Shown here one piece after another: positions 9,970 to 18,351 of a stretch of 32,000 bases of DNA; positions within the stretch are counted from its first letter, which is position 1, and each line of letters begins with the position of its first letter. The notes below the pieces were generated by a model. That model saw only the letters and a list, made by a program, of their open reading frames with translations. It searched no databases and was not told where the DNA came from. The stretch covers positions 30,001 to 62,000 of the forward strand of contig NZ_LN649236.1 of NCBI RefSeq assembly GCF_000953395.1, in the 5' to 3' direction. Source of the DNA: Candidatus Portiera aleyrodidarum. Its GTDB lineage: Bacteria; Pseudomonadota; Gammaproteobacteria; Johnevansiales; Johnevansiaceae. The translations under genes and the position numbers were made by a program.

Positions 9970-11088
9970 ATGAATAATTTAAAAAATTATAAAATAATAA
10001 TTTCTAACCAATTTAATCAAAGATTAGATAATTATTTAATTAAAAGTTTAAAAGGTATACCTAACAATTTAATTTATCGTCTTATTAGAAAAGGAATTAT
10101 AAAAATAAATAATCAAACAGTTAAAGCTAAAAATAAATTACAAATAGGTGATAAAATTAGCATTCCTATATTATATAAGAATATAGGAAAAAAACAAATA
10201 AATATAAATGAAACATTAAAAAACTTTTTAATTAATAAAATTCTTTATGAATCTAATGATTGGTTAATAATTAATAAACCTTCTGGTTTTGCTGTTCATG
10301 GTGGTAGTAATATTAATATTGGTTTAATTGAAGCTTTAAAATTAATTAGAAAAGATATTAATTTAATTGAATTAGTTCATCGTATTGATAAAAACACTTC
10401 AGGATGTTTATTAATAGCTAAATCTATAAAATTTTTACTTTATATTAATTCAGCTTTTAAAAAAAAATATATAGAAAAATGTTATTTAGCTTTAGTAGAA
10501 GGTAATTGGCCAATAAATTATACATATCTATATGCTCCAATTAATAAATATAAAATTAATATTAATGGAGAATATTATAATATAGTTAATAAATTAGGTA
10601 AACCATCCTATACTTTTTTTGAAATATGTAAAACTTTTACTGGATTTACATTAATAAAAGTTTTTCCTATGACAGGTAGAATGCATCAAATACGTGTTCA
10701 TACTGCATATTTAGGTCATCCTTTATTAGGAGATGAAAAATATGGAAGTAAAGTGGGTAAAAAGTTTTCTTATATTTTAAAACTTAAAAGAATGTTTTTA
10801 CATTCTTATTATATAAGATTTCCAGACTTTAAAAGTGGACAAATTATTCAAATTAAAACAAAAATTGATGAATCACTTAAATTAGTATTAACTAGAGCAA
10901 ATCAATATATTAAGGAAATTAGAATGGCAGTTCAAAAAAATAAAAAAACTCGTTCTAAAAGAGGTATGCGTCGCTCACATAATGCATTATTATTACCTAC
11001 TTTAAATAAAGACAAACTAACTGGTACTATACATCGTAGACATTATATATCATCAGATGGATATTATAGAGGTAAAAAAATATTTTAA
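9970..11088 (+). CDS. rluC: 23S rRNA pseudouridine synthase RluC; the homologous body ends about 10923, but the ORF has no stop and continues in frame through rpmF
   Basis: S4-like N-terminus ([14 protein letters not shown]...IYRLIRKG) and catalytic HRIDKNTSG. 318 RluC-like codons, against about 319 aa in E. coli RluC. The first in-frame stop is the rpmF stop at 11086..11088. Confidence 0.85.
   Translation: MNNLKNYKIIISNQFNQRLDNYLIKSLKGIPNNLIYRLIRKGIIKINNQTVKAKNKLQIGDKISIPILYKNIGKKQININETLKNFLINKILYESNDWLIINKPSGFAVHGGSNINIGLIEALKLIRKDINLIELVHRIDKNTSGCLLIAKSIKFLLYINSAFKKKYIEKCYLALVEGNWPINYTYLYAPINKYKININGEYYNIVNKLGKPSYTFFEICKTFTGFTLIKVFPMTGRMHQIRVHTAYLGHPLLGDEKYGSKVGKKFSYILKLKRMFLHSYYIRFPDFKSGQIIQIKTKIDESLKLVLTRANQYIKEIRMAVQKNKKTRSKRGMRRSHNALLLPTLNKDKLTGTIHRRHYISSDGYYRGKKIF
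10912..10916 (+). promoter_or_regulatory. Shine-Dalgarno (AAGGA) for internal rpmF initiation
   Basis: AAGGA lies 7 nt upstream of the ATG at 10924, inside the rluC reading frame. Confidence 0.5.
10924..11088 (+). CDS. rpmF: 50S ribosomal protein L32
   Basis: 54 aa. [22 protein letters not shown]...[15 protein letters not shown] is collinear with E. coli L32 ([22 protein letters not shown]...GYYRGRKV). Confidence 0.9.
   Translation: MAVQKNKKTRSKRGMRRSHNALLLPTLNKDKLTGTIHRRHYISSDGYYRGKKIF
11069..11072 (+). promoter_or_regulatory. Shine-Dalgarno-like GAGG upstream of the proposed acpP ATT start
   Basis: GAGG(T) lies inside the rpmF 3' end, 9 nt before the ATT at 11082. Confidence 0.4.
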
Positions 11089-11315
11089 ATTTAGAAAAAA
11101 AAATTAAATCAATAGTATCAAAAAAATTAAATATTAATCCTAATATTATAAAAACAAATTCTTTGTTTATTGAAGAATTAGGTGCCGATTCACTTGATAT
11201 AATAGAATTAATAATGACTTTAGAAGAAGAATTTAATATTGAAATAACTGATGAAACATCAAACAATATAAAAAATATTAACGATGTTATTAATTATATA
11301 AAAAATTATTATTAA
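11082..11315 (+). CDS. acpP: Acyl carrier protein; not in the ORF track, no canonical start, ATT start proposed
   Basis: My translation of the frame open from 11076 to the TAA at 11313..11315 is (I)[76 protein letters not shown]. This is collinear with E. coli ACP, including the GADSLD phosphopantetheine site (Ser codon 11190..11192). There is no ATG, GTG or TTG in frame. The only near-cognate codon at the homologous N-terminus is the ATT at 11082. Confidence 0.8.
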   Translation: MLNLEKKIKSIVSKKLNINPNIIKTNSLFIEELGADSLDIIELIMTLEEEFNIEITDETSNNIKNINDVINYIKNYY

Positions 11316-12308
11316 ATGAATAAAACAAAGGTATTGTTACCTTGGCATAAAAATAAATTAAAAAAATTTTTATTTTTAATAAAAAAAGAAATTATTCCAC
11401 ATGCATTATTATTAATAGGACAACCAGGTATTGGAAAAAATAAATTTGCTAAATTATTAATATCAATTATATTATGTTCTAACTTTAATAAAAAAGAAGA
11501 TAAAATAAATAATTATAGTTGTGGAAGTTGTAATCAATGTTTAATGTGGATTAATGGATATCATCCTAATATTATTAATATAAGTAAATATTCTATTATA
11601 AATATTGATTCAATAAGAATTATCAATAAGTTTATTGAAACAACACCACAATATGATGGTTATCGTATTATTTTTATTAAAAATGCTTCTAATATGACAA
11701 TAGAAGCTACTAATGCTTTATTAAAAAATATTGAAGAACCCGGTTCACTTGTTTTATTTATATTAACTTCTAATGTATTATTATTACCTACTATGAATAG
11801 TAGATGTTGTAAATTTGTTTTTAAACCTATATATAACAATTTCTTTTTATTTTGGGTAGCTTCACATATATATTATTCAGCAGAATCAAATTTATTTTTA
11901 AATATAACATGTAATAAACCTTTATTAGCTAATAATATAAATTATATAATAAACTTAAGACACATATTAAATATTATTTTTTATAATTTAATAAATGGGG
12001 CAGAACCTATTAAGGAAATAAAAAAAATTAAGATAAAAAATATTAATCTATTTTTGGATTTTGGTATAAGTTTTATTGAAGATATAATTAGATTATTATC
12101 TGGTATAAAAAATATAAAAAATTATGATATTATATCATTATATATAAATTTAATAAAAAAAAATATATTATTAAATAATTGCTTTAAATTATTATATATA
12201 ACTTATAAAAAACGTAAAATATTTATTAATAATAAAAATATTAATAATAAATTATTATTAGAAACTTGGTTAATAAATTTTATAAGGAATATTTTTGAAG
12301 AAATTTAA
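11316..12308 (+). CDS. holB: DNA polymerase III subunit delta'
   Basis: 330 aa. LPWHKNKL...PHALLLIGQPGIGKNKFA (AAA+ P-loop region), Cys cluster CGSCNQC, IFIKNASNMTIEATNALLKNIEEP, SRC sensor motif. Confidence 0.85.
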   Translation: MNKTKVLLPWHKNKLKKFLFLIKKEIIPHALLLIGQPGIGKNKFAKLLISIILCSNFNKKEDKINNYSCGSCNQCLMWINGYHPNIINISKYSIINIDSIRIINKFIETTPQYDGYRIIFIKNASNMTIEATNALLKNIEEPGSLVLFILTSNVLLLPTMNSRCCKFVFKPIYNNFFLFWVASHIYYSAESNLFLNITCNKPLLANNINYIINLRHILNIIFYNLINGAEPIKEIKKIKIKNINLFLDFGISFIEDIIRLLSGIKNIKNYDIISLYINLIKKNILLNNCFKLLYITYKKRKIFINNKNINNKLLLETWLINFIRNIFEEI

Positions 12309-13041
12309 ATATTTTTATAATATATTTATATTACTATTTAGTATAATTACTATTAATACTTATGCTTCATCTTATTATGGATATAAACAAAATATTAAGT
12401 TTCCTCCTTTTACTACAATTGTACAAAATTCATCTTCATCAGTAGTAAATATTTCTACAATAAAAAACTCATTATATTCTATAGGTACAGGTTTTATTAT
12501 TAGTAATGATGGATATATTTTAACAAATGCACATGTAGTAAATGATTCAGATCAAATTATTGTAAACTTCAAAAATCATACAGTTTATAATGCTAAATTA
12601 ATAGGTATAGATACTAAAACTGATATTGCTTTAATTAAAATTAATGAACAAGATTTACCAGTAATTAATATAGGCAATTCTGACAATATACAAGTTGGAG
12701 AATGTGTTGCTGCTATTGGTTCTCCTTTTGGATTTGATCAATCTATTACTTCAGGTATAGTTAGTGCAATTAATCGAACTTTACCAAATGATATTTATGT
12801 CCCTTTTATACAAACAGATGTAGCTATAAATCCTGGGAATTCCGGTGGGCCTTTACTTAATATACAAGGTAAAGTTATTGGTATTAATTCACAAATAATT
12901 ACACGTAGTGGCGGTTTTATGGGTTTATCTTTTTCTATACCTATAAATATTGCAATAAATATTGCAAATCAAATAAAAATTTATGGGAAAGTACATAGAG
13001 GTTATTATCATTTTCAATTAATGGACCAAGTTAATTTGTGA
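12295..13041 (+). CDS. HtrA/DegP/MucD-family periplasmic serine protease, protease domain only (PDZ domains missing)
   Basis: 248 aa. Signal peptide MKKFKYFYNIFILLFSIITINTYASS. Catalytic triad contexts TNAHVV, DIALIKI and GNSGGPL. It ends at GKVHRGYYHFQLMDQVNL, about where PDZ1 starts in DegP/DegQ. TTG start with AAGGA 6 nt upstream. Confidence 0.8.
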   Translation: MKKFKYFYNIFILLFSIITINTYASSYYGYKQNIKFPPFTTIVQNSSSSVVNISTIKNSLYSIGTGFIISNDGYILTNAHVVNDSDQIIVNFKNHTVYNAKLIGIDTKTDIALIKINEQDLPVINIGNSDNIQVGECVAAIGSPFGFDQSITSGIVSAINRTLPNDIYVPFIQTDVAINPGNSGGPLLNIQGKVIGINSQIITRSGGFMGLSFSIPINIAINIANQIKIYGKVHRGYYHFQLMDQVNL

Positions 13042-13077
13042 ACTTCATAATTTAAAAAATAATTTATAGGAATTAAT

Positions 13078-14721
13078 ATGTTTTATAATTTTGATCATAG
13101 AAAATATTGTTATTTAGATATATTTCCTAAAATTAAAAAAAGAAATTGGATTAATAAAAAAATCAGTAAAGCCCCAATTTGGGTTAGTGAGGATTTAAGA
13201 GATGGTAATCAGTCTATAAGTGAACCAATGAATGTTGAACAAAAAAAAAACTTATGGACATTATTAATTAATATTGGAATAAAAGAAATTATGGTAGGAT
13301 TTCCTTCTGCAAGTAAAGCTGATTTTGATTTTGTAAGATGGTTAATTAGAAATAAACAAATTCCTTCAGATGTTACTATTGCTGTGTTGGTACAGGCAAG
13401 AAAACATTTAATTCAACGTACTTTTGAGTCTCTTATTGGAATAAATAACGCTATAATACATTTTTATAATTCAACTTCTCCAATTCAAAGGGATCGTGTA
13501 TTTAAAACAAATAAAGAAGGTATTATATCAATAGCAGCTAAAGGAGCAAATTATATTTTACAACAAACTAAAAAATATAATAAAGTATTTTGGATAATAG
13601 AATATACTCCAGAAAGTTTTTCTAATACGGAACTTGATTTTTCTTTAAATATTTGTGAATTAGTGCTGGATATTTTGAGTCCAAAAAATATATATAAAGT
13701 TATATTAAATTTACCTACGACTGTAGATGTAGCTAGCCCACATATTTATGCTGATCAAATTGAATATTTTTGTAATAATATAAGTAAAAGAGATAAAGTT
13801 ATAATATCAGTTCATACTCATAATGATAGAGGATCAGCTGTTTCATCAGCTGAATTAGCTAGTTTAGCAGGAGCCAAACGTATAGAAGGTACATTATTAG
13901 GTAATGGTGAACGTACAGGAAATATGGATTTAATTACATTAGCTATGAATTTATATAGTCAAGGAATAGATCCTAAGATTGATTTATCTTGTCCAGAAGA
14001 ACTAATAGATATAGTTACAGAATGTACTAAAATACCAATTCATCCACGTCATCCATGGATAGGAGAATTAGTATATACTGCTTTTTCTGGTAGTCATCAA
14101 GATGCTATACGTAAGTCATTAAAAAAACAAAAACCAAATGAAATATGGCAAGTAGCTTATTTACCTATAGATCCCAATGATATAGGACGTAATTATAAAT
14201 ATGTTATTAGACTTAATAGTCAATCAGGTAAAAGTGGGATGGCTTTTTTGCTTGAAAGAGATTATAAAATTAAATTCCCACGTTGGATGATGATTGCGTT
14301 AGCACAGTTAGTACAAAAAGAAAGTGATAAAAAAATGTTAGAATTATCTAGTTATGATATATATCATATATTAAAAAATAACTTTTTTTTAGAAAAACCA
14401 TTTAATTTATTAACTTATATTTTTAATATAAATAAAAATATTTTCCAACTATATATTAATAATAAAATTTACTTGAATATATATTATTCCATAATAGATG
14501 GTATGAAGAAATTAATATTATTATTTATAAGTAATTGGAAAAATCATCAAATGAAATTAATAAATTATTATATACAAAAAATTAATAATTATTATATAGC
14601 GTTTATTAATATTAATATTAATGAAAAAAACTTAATTGGAATAGCTATAGATATAGAAAAATTTTCAGTTGTTTTAAAATCACTTTTATCAGCTATAAAT
14701 AAATATATGCTATCGGGCTAA
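13078..14721 (+). CDS. leuA: 2-isopropylmalate synthase (long form)
   Basis: 547 aa. APIWVSEDLRDGNQS, HTHNDRGSAVSSAELA, GTLLGNGERTGN, FSGSHQDAI. The C-terminal ~120 aa are very diverged. Confidence 0.9.
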   Translation: MFYNFDHRKYCYLDIFPKIKKRNWINKKISKAPIWVSEDLRDGNQSISEPMNVEQKKNLWTLLINIGIKEIMVGFPSASKADFDFVRWLIRNKQIPSDVTIAVLVQARKHLIQRTFESLIGINNAIIHFYNSTSPIQRDRVFKTNKEGIISIAAKGANYILQQTKKYNKVFWIIEYTPESFSNTELDFSLNICELVLDILSPKNIYKVILNLPTTVDVASPHIYADQIEYFCNNISKRDKVIISVHTHNDRGSAVSSAELASLAGAKRIEGTLLGNGERTGNMDLITLAMNLYSQGIDPKIDLSCPEELIDIVTECTKIPIHPRHPWIGELVYTAFSGSHQDAIRKSLKKQKPNEIWQVAYLPIDPNDIGRNYKYVIRLNSQSGKSGMAFLLERDYKIKFPRWMMIALAQLVQKESDKKMLELSSYDIYHILKNNFFLEKPFNLLTYIFNINKNIFQLYINNKIYLNIYYSIIDGMKKLILLFISNWKNHQMKLINYYIQKINNYYIAFINININEKNLIGIAIDIEKFSVVLKSLLSAINKYMLSG

Positions 14722-14736
14722 TAACTTCTTAGCCCG
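14714..14736. terminator. GC-rich hairpin between convergent leuA and cspA (putative bidirectional terminator)
   Basis: CGGGCTAA (14714..14721), a 7-nt loop, then TTAGCCCG (14729..14736), giving a perfect 8-bp stem. The stem overlaps the leuA stop. It is the only such structure I found in the window. There is no classical U-tract on either side. Confidence 0.55.
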
Positions 14737-14745
14737 TAGCCTGAT

Positions 14746-14955
14746 TTAATTATTAAGGACTTTTATAGAAGCTGCTTGAAGGCCTTTTTTTCCTTGAGTT
14801 ACTTCAAATGATACTTTTTGACCATCTTGAAGTGATTTAAAACCATCCGCTTGTATTTCAGAAAAATGAGCAAATAAATCTCCTCCACCATCATCCGGTG
14901 ATATAAAACCATAGCCTTTAGTATCGTTAAACCATTTGACAGTACCAGTTGCCAT
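14746..14955 (-). CDS. cspA: Cold-shock protein, CspA family
   Basis: 69 aa. [33 protein letters not shown], with RNP1 and RNP2 motifs. Confidence 0.95.
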   Translation of the reverse strand: MATGTVKWFNDTKGYGFISPDDGGGDLFAHFSEIQADGFKSLQDGQKVSFEVTQGKKGLQAASIKVLNN

Positions 14956-15060
14956 TTATATTTCCTTACGTACCTAAAATATTAATTAAAGATATAGCTA
15001 AAGTTGCTAGTTAGCAGAATTAAATTCAGATATTGCAAACTAAAGCTGTTATTCTTATCA

Positions 15061-15090
15061 ATTATAAGAATTATATTATATATTAGTCAA
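15061..15090 (-). promoter_or_regulatory. Putative sigma70 promoter of cspA (TTGACT-N18-TATAAT)
   Basis: The minus strand reads TTGACT (+15085..15090), 18 nt, then TATAAT (+15061..15066). This would give a 5' UTR of about 100 nt, in line with the long cspA leaders known elsewhere. TATAAT-like strings are common in this composition, so confidence is moderate to low. Confidence 0.35.
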
Positions 15091-15180
15091 TAGTATTAAA
15101 AGATAATTTGATAATGATGTTTATTATGTTATTTGTGATAAAATATATTTTTTTATTATAAATTAATAAGGTAAATATTT

Positions 15181-16269
15181 ATGTCAGGTAATACCTTTGG
15201 TAAGTTATTTACAGTAACGACATTTGGTGAAAGTCATGGTGAAGCCTTAGGTGCTATTATAGATGGTTGTCCTCCAGGTATAGAAATAAGTGAATATGAT
15301 ATTCAAAAACATTTAAATATTAGAAAACCAGGTGGTTCTAAATATACTACTCAACGTCGTGAACCAGATAAAGTTAAAATATTATCAGGTGTTTTTAAAG
15401 GAATTACTACAGGTACACCAATTGGATTATTAATAGAAAATGTAGATCAACGTTCTAAAGATTATAATAAAATAAAAAACCAATTTCGTCCTTCTCATGC
15501 AGATTATACATATTATAAAAAATATGGTATTAGAGATTATAGAGGTGGTGGTAGATCTAGTGCTAGAGAAACAGTAATGCGTGTAGCAGCAGGTGCAATA
15601 GCAAAAAAATATCTTAGTAAATTTAATATTTTTATACGTGGTTATATGAGTCAAATAGGATCAATTAAATTACCTTTTGTTAGTTGGAATGTAGTATATA
15701 AGAATCCTTTTTTTTGTGCAGATCCAAATAAAATAACTTATTTAGAAAAATATATGCAAAAATTACAACGTGATAAAGATTCTATTGGAGCTAAAATTAC
15801 AATAATTGCTGATGGAGTCCCAATAGGATTAGGTGAACCAGTTTTTGATAAATTAGATGCAGAATTAGCTCATGCTTTAATGAGTATTAATGCAGTTAAA
15901 GGTATAGAAATAGGTACAGGTTTTTTATCAGTAAATCAAAGAGGTAGTGAACATAGAGATGAAATAAAAAATAAAAAATTTATTTCTAATAATTCCGGAG
16001 GTATATTAGGAGGTATTTCTAATGGTCAATCAGTAATTATACATTTATGTCTAAAACCAACTTCTAGTATTACTATACCTGGTAATACTATTGATATTTA
16101 TGGTAATTCAATTGAAGTAATAACTAAAGGACGGCATGATCCTTGTGTAGGTATTAGAGCTATACCTATTGCAGAAGCAATGGTAGCCTTAACTTTAATG
16201 GATCATTTATTAAGAAATCGTGCTCAAAATATTGATGTAAAAGTTAAAAATATAATAGGAGTAAACTAA
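15181..16269 (+). CDS. aroC: Chorismate synthase
   Basis: 362 aa. [61 protein letters not shown]. Confidence 0.95.
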   Translation: MSGNTFGKLFTVTTFGESHGEALGAIIDGCPPGIEISEYDIQKHLNIRKPGGSKYTTQRREPDKVKILSGVFKGITTGTPIGLLIENVDQRSKDYNKIKNQFRPSHADYTYYKKYGIRDYRGGGRSSARETVMRVAAGAIAKKYLSKFNIFIRGYMSQIGSIKLPFVSWNVVYKNPFFCADPNKITYLEKYMQKLQRDKDSIGAKITIIADGVPIGLGEPVFDKLDAELAHALMSINAVKGIEIGTGFLSVNQRGSEHRDEIKNKKFISNNSGGILGGISNGQSVIIHLCLKPTSSITIPGNTIDIYGNSIEVITKGRHDPCVGIRAIPIAEAMVALTLMDHLLRNRAQNIDVKVKNIIGVN

Positions 16270-17675
16270 TGACAGGACAGACGCTTTATGATAAAATTTG
16301 GTCTTCTCATCTAATAAAATGTCGTGAAGATGGAACATCATTAATTTATATAGATCGTCATTTATTACATGAAGTAACATCACCTCAAGCTTTTGAAGGT
16401 TTACGTTTAAATAATAGAAAAATTTGGAGAGTAGATACAAATCTAGCTACTGTTGATCATAATGTACCAACGAAATTAGAAGAACGTATAAATGGTATTA
16501 AGGATTCACTTTCTCGTATTCAAGTGCAAAGGTTAAAAAACAATTGTAAAGAATTTGCAATAAAAAAAATTTTTAATATAAAAGATGTAAGACAAGGTAT
16601 TGTACATGTTATAGGGCCGGAAAATGGTGCAACTTTACCTGGGATGACTGTTGTTTGTGGAGATTCTCATACTTCTACACATGGTGCTTTTTCTGCTTTA
16701 TCTTATGGGATTGGTACTTCGGAAGTTGAACATGTATTAGCAACACAATGTTTATTACAACGTAAATTAAAAAATATGAAAATTTGTATTGATGGATATT
16801 TATCAGATAAAGTCACTGCTAAAGATTTAATCTTATCAATAATAAATATTATTGGTACCGATGGAGGTACAGGATATGCAATGGAATTTACAGGTAGTAC
16901 TATTAAATCTTTATCTATGGAAGGTAGAATGACCATATGTAATATGGCGATTGAAGCAGGAGCAAAAGTGGGTTTAATTGCAGCAGATCAAACTACAATT
17001 AATTATCTTCATGGACGTACATTAGTACCTAATACATATTGGCAAGATGCAAAACAAAAATGGAAAAACTTATTTTCGGATTGTGATGCTATATTTGAGA
17101 AATCTATAAAAATATATGCAAAAAATATTGAACCTCAGGTAAGTTGGGGAACACAACCGGATATGGTTGTTGGCGTAAATGGCAAAATACCTAATCCTAA
17201 AAATTATAATAAACATGATCGTAATAATATAGAATTAGCTATAAAATATATGGGTTTAAAACCAGAACAAAAAATCTTAGATATTAAACTTGATCGTATT
17301 TTTATAGGATCATGTACTAATTCTCGTATTGAAGATTTACGTATTGCAGCTAAAATTATTAGAAATAAGCATATTGCTTCTAATATTAAGCAAGCGATAG
17401 TAGTACCAGGGTCTGGGTTAGTAAAACTTCAAGCTGAATTAGAAGGATTAGATGAAATATTTATTTCTGCTGGTTTTGAATGGCGAGAACCAGGTTGTTC
17501 AATGTGTTTAGCTATGAATTCGGATAAACTTGAATTCGGGGAAAGATGTGCATCTACTTCTAATAGAAATTTTGAAAGCCGTCAAGGATATGGTGGTAGA
17601 ACTCATTTAGTAAGTCCCGCTATGGCTGCTGCTGCTGCTATAGCTGGACATTTTATTGATGTACGTTATATTTAG
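16269..17675 (+). CDS. leuC: 3-isopropylmalate dehydratase large subunit
   Basis: 468 aa. [55 protein letters not shown]. The start overlaps the aroC stop by 1 nt. Confidence 0.95.
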   Translation: MTGQTLYDKIWSSHLIKCREDGTSLIYIDRHLLHEVTSPQAFEGLRLNNRKIWRVDTNLATVDHNVPTKLEERINGIKDSLSRIQVQRLKNNCKEFAIKKIFNIKDVRQGIVHVIGPENGATLPGMTVVCGDSHTSTHGAFSALSYGIGTSEVEHVLATQCLLQRKLKNMKICIDGYLSDKVTAKDLILSIINIIGTDGGTGYAMEFTGSTIKSLSMEGRMTICNMAIEAGAKVGLIAADQTTINYLHGRTLVPNTYWQDAKQKWKNLFSDCDAIFEKSIKIYAKNIEPQVSWGTQPDMVVGVNGKIPNPKNYNKHDRNNIELAIKYMGLKPEQKILDIKLDRIFIGSCTNSRIEDLRIAAKIIRNKHIASNIKQAIVVPGSGLVKLQAELEGLDEIFISAGFEWREPGCSMCLAMNSDKLEFGERCASTSNRNFESRQGYGGRTHLVSPAMAAAAAIAGHFIDVRYI

Positions 17676-17682
17676 GAAACAC

Positions 17683-18309
17683 ATGGAAAAATTTATTAAT
17701 CACAAAGGTTTAGTTGTACCTATTCATAGATCTAATATTGATACTGATTTAATTATTCCTAAACAATTTTTAAAATCAATTAATCGTAGTGGTTTTGGTT
17801 TTAATTTATTTGATGGATTACGTTATATTGATGAAGGTTATCCAGGAAAAAAAAACAGGTTAATAAATAAAGATTTTGTATTAAATAAATCTAGATATAA
17901 AGGAGCTAGTATATTATTAACACGTACTAATTTTGGATGTGGTAGTTCTAGAGAACATGCAGTTTGGGCTCTTAAAGAATATGGTTTTAAAGTAATTATA
18001 GCACAAAGTTTTGCAGAAATATTTTATAATAATGCTTTAAAAAATGGTATTCTTCTTATAACGTTAAAAAATTTTTTAATTGATGAATTTTTTTTATCTG
18101 TATACAACCAAAAAGGTTATATATTAGATATAAATTTGACAAAACAAATAATATATAAACATAGTGGAAAAAAAATTAATTTTTCAATAGATCCATTTAG
18201 TAAATATTGTTTAGAAAATGGTTTAGATGATATAGGTATTACTTTAAAAGAAATAAATACTATTAAAATTTTTGAAAATATTCATAAAAAAAATAATCCT
18301 TGGTTATAA
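17683..18309 (+). CDS. leuD: 3-isopropylmalate dehydratase small subunit
   Basis: MEKFINHKGLVVPIHRSNIDTDLIIPKQFLK aligns with the E. coli LeuD N-terminus (MAEKFIKHTGLVVPL...). AGGAA lies 4-5 nt upstream of the ATG at 17683. The track's upstream Met at 17656 would overlap leuC and add 9 non-homologous residues. GCGSSREHA motif present. Confidence 0.9.
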   Translation: MEKFINHKGLVVPIHRSNIDTDLIIPKQFLKSINRSGFGFNLFDGLRYIDEGYPGKKNRLINKDFVLNKSRYKGASILLTRTNFGCGSSREHAVWALKEYGFKVIIAQSFAEIFYNNALKNGILLITLKNFLIDEFFLSVYNQKGYILDINLTKQIIYKHSGKKINFSIDPFSKYCLENGLDDIGITLKEINTIKIFENIHKKNNPWL

Positions 18310-18351
18310 ATAAAAAGATAAATAAAAAGATAAATAAAAAGATAAACAAAT
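18306..18351. repeat. 12-bp tandem repeat (ATAAATAAAAAG), three perfect copies plus one degenerate copy
   Basis: Perfect copies at 18306..18317, 18318..18329 and 18330..18341. A degenerate copy ATAAACAAAT(A) starts at 18342. The array begins inside the last leuD codons and stop and fills the whole leuD-leuB spacer. Confidence 0.9.

Noticed and set aside
11027-11266. 79-aa minus-strand ORF, the only track ORF covering the rpmF-holB gap.
   Set aside because: The opposite strand encodes a textbook ACP with the DSL motif, so this ORF is its antisense shadow.
13039-13041. Possible UGA-to-Trp recoding, as seen in some tiny betaproteobacterial symbionts.
   Set aside because: TGA terminates several genes at positions consistent with homologues, including the HtrA-like gene, nfuA and sohB. 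Trp is encoded by TGG throughout. All genes are full length under the standard code.
14956-15060. Cold-box-like ACGTA element and a small GCTA/TAGC hairpin in the cspA leader.
   Set aside because: The matches are too short (4-5 nt) and are positioned differently from the E. coli cold box. They cannot be supported without comparative data.
15101-15180. Possible aroC promoter (TTGATA ... TGTGATAAAAT).
   Set aside because: Spacing and hexamer quality are poor. Similar strings arise by chance in this composition.
15430-16936. Minus-strand ORFs 15430..15654, 16210..16440 and 16703..16936.
   Set aside because: Antisense shadows inside aroC and leuC.
17625-17639. (GCT)5 trinucleotide repeat.
   Set aside because: It encodes the conserved poly-Ala segment ([12 protein letters not shown]) at the LeuC C-terminus, so it is not a free microsatellite.
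17656-17682. Upstream Met (17656) as the leuD start.
   Set aside because: It would add 9 non-homologous residues and overlap leuC by 20 nt. The ATG at 17683 aligns with the LeuD N-terminus and has AGGAA upstream.
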